A stretch of DNA of 63,994 bases, counting the filler, from Sphacelaria rigidula (lineage: Eukaryota): assembly GCA_964200075.2 (NCBI GenBank). It is 4 parts of 4 records of this genome, joined end to end, with 100 filler letters (N's around TTAATTAATTAA, not from the genome) between each part and the next. Parts side by side here need not be neighbours in the genome. Positions count along the whole stretch, not along the records: positions 48,319 to 63,994 come from CAXNAA020001648.1; 3 more parts are not named here. One strand, written 5' to 3'. The notes below the pieces were generated by a model. That model had not been told where the DNA came from, ran no database searches, and was given only the letters and a program-made list of their open reading frames with translations. Positions 63,476-63,994 of this stretch are shown piece after piece; the stretch's first letter is position 1, and each line of letters starts with the position of its first letter. Both the position numbers and the translations under genes were made by a program.

Positions 63476-63994
63476 TCCTTTTTGATAATTCTATAATATA
63501 TCCGTACGTTATAGGCATTAATCGATATTGCGTCTAATCCTTTTGGGACTGAAGCTCAGCAACAAGGGGTTCATCAAGTCTGGGAGCGACCTGCCCAATC
63601 AGGGCGAGGCGAAATTTATCGATCACACCCGAACGACCATTGGGGGGGGGCTGTCGCCGGGAGTGATGTCACGGCCAAGTTGGTGTGTGTACCCTGTTCC
63701 TGGCCCACAAAGAAAGTCTTCGAAGCAAAAGAAAGACCAAGTGGTCGGGGCTTGGTTTCCCGATTTTTTCATCATTTTCTTGCATTTTATATAGGTCCGA
63801 CGTTCACTCCCCCGATTTTGTTTTGGGTCACAATCCTAGAGTAAAACCTAGTTGATTACACTAACACAGGGTGCTCGGAGGAAATTCGGGAATAAGTGTA
63901 CCCTACTATATATGTGGTCATGTTCACAGGGCGACTAAATCTAGCAACGCTGTGGGCCGAGAGGCGGAGCTAGAGGCATGAGTTCTGCGTATCC

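Overview
This is eukaryotic, intron-rich and transposon-dense DNA, most likely from a brown alga (Phaeophyceae). That assignment is an inference from intron style and TE repertoire. The window is four contigs joined by artificial 100-bp spacers (44 N + TTAATTAATTAA + 44 N at 16008, 32114 and 48219), so adjacency across them is unproven. Contig 1 holds two degenerate minus-strand Ty3/Gypsy LTR retrotransposons. The first has a CCHC knuckle, protease, RT and a very long Gag region; the second has RT, RNase H, integrase and a chromodomain, and carries two copies of a ~240-bp MITE. Contig 2 holds a minus-strand gene whose two phase-compatible exons flank a ~12-kb intron filled with nested TEs (RTE LINE tail, 5.9-kb hAT, fold-back MITEs, tRNA-derived SINE). 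Contig 3 holds a 5'-incomplete plus-strand gene of at least 1,328 aa of unknown function with a probable GC-AG intron, plus a 42-bp CRISPR-mimicking tandem array. Contig 4 holds a near full-length decayed RTE LINE and two exons of a Cys-rich sulfotransferase. I found no convincing novel multi-gene system. The best leads are the extended Gag with unassigned domains, the unclassified 4-bp-TSD MITE, the atypical sulfotransferase and the two orphan genes.
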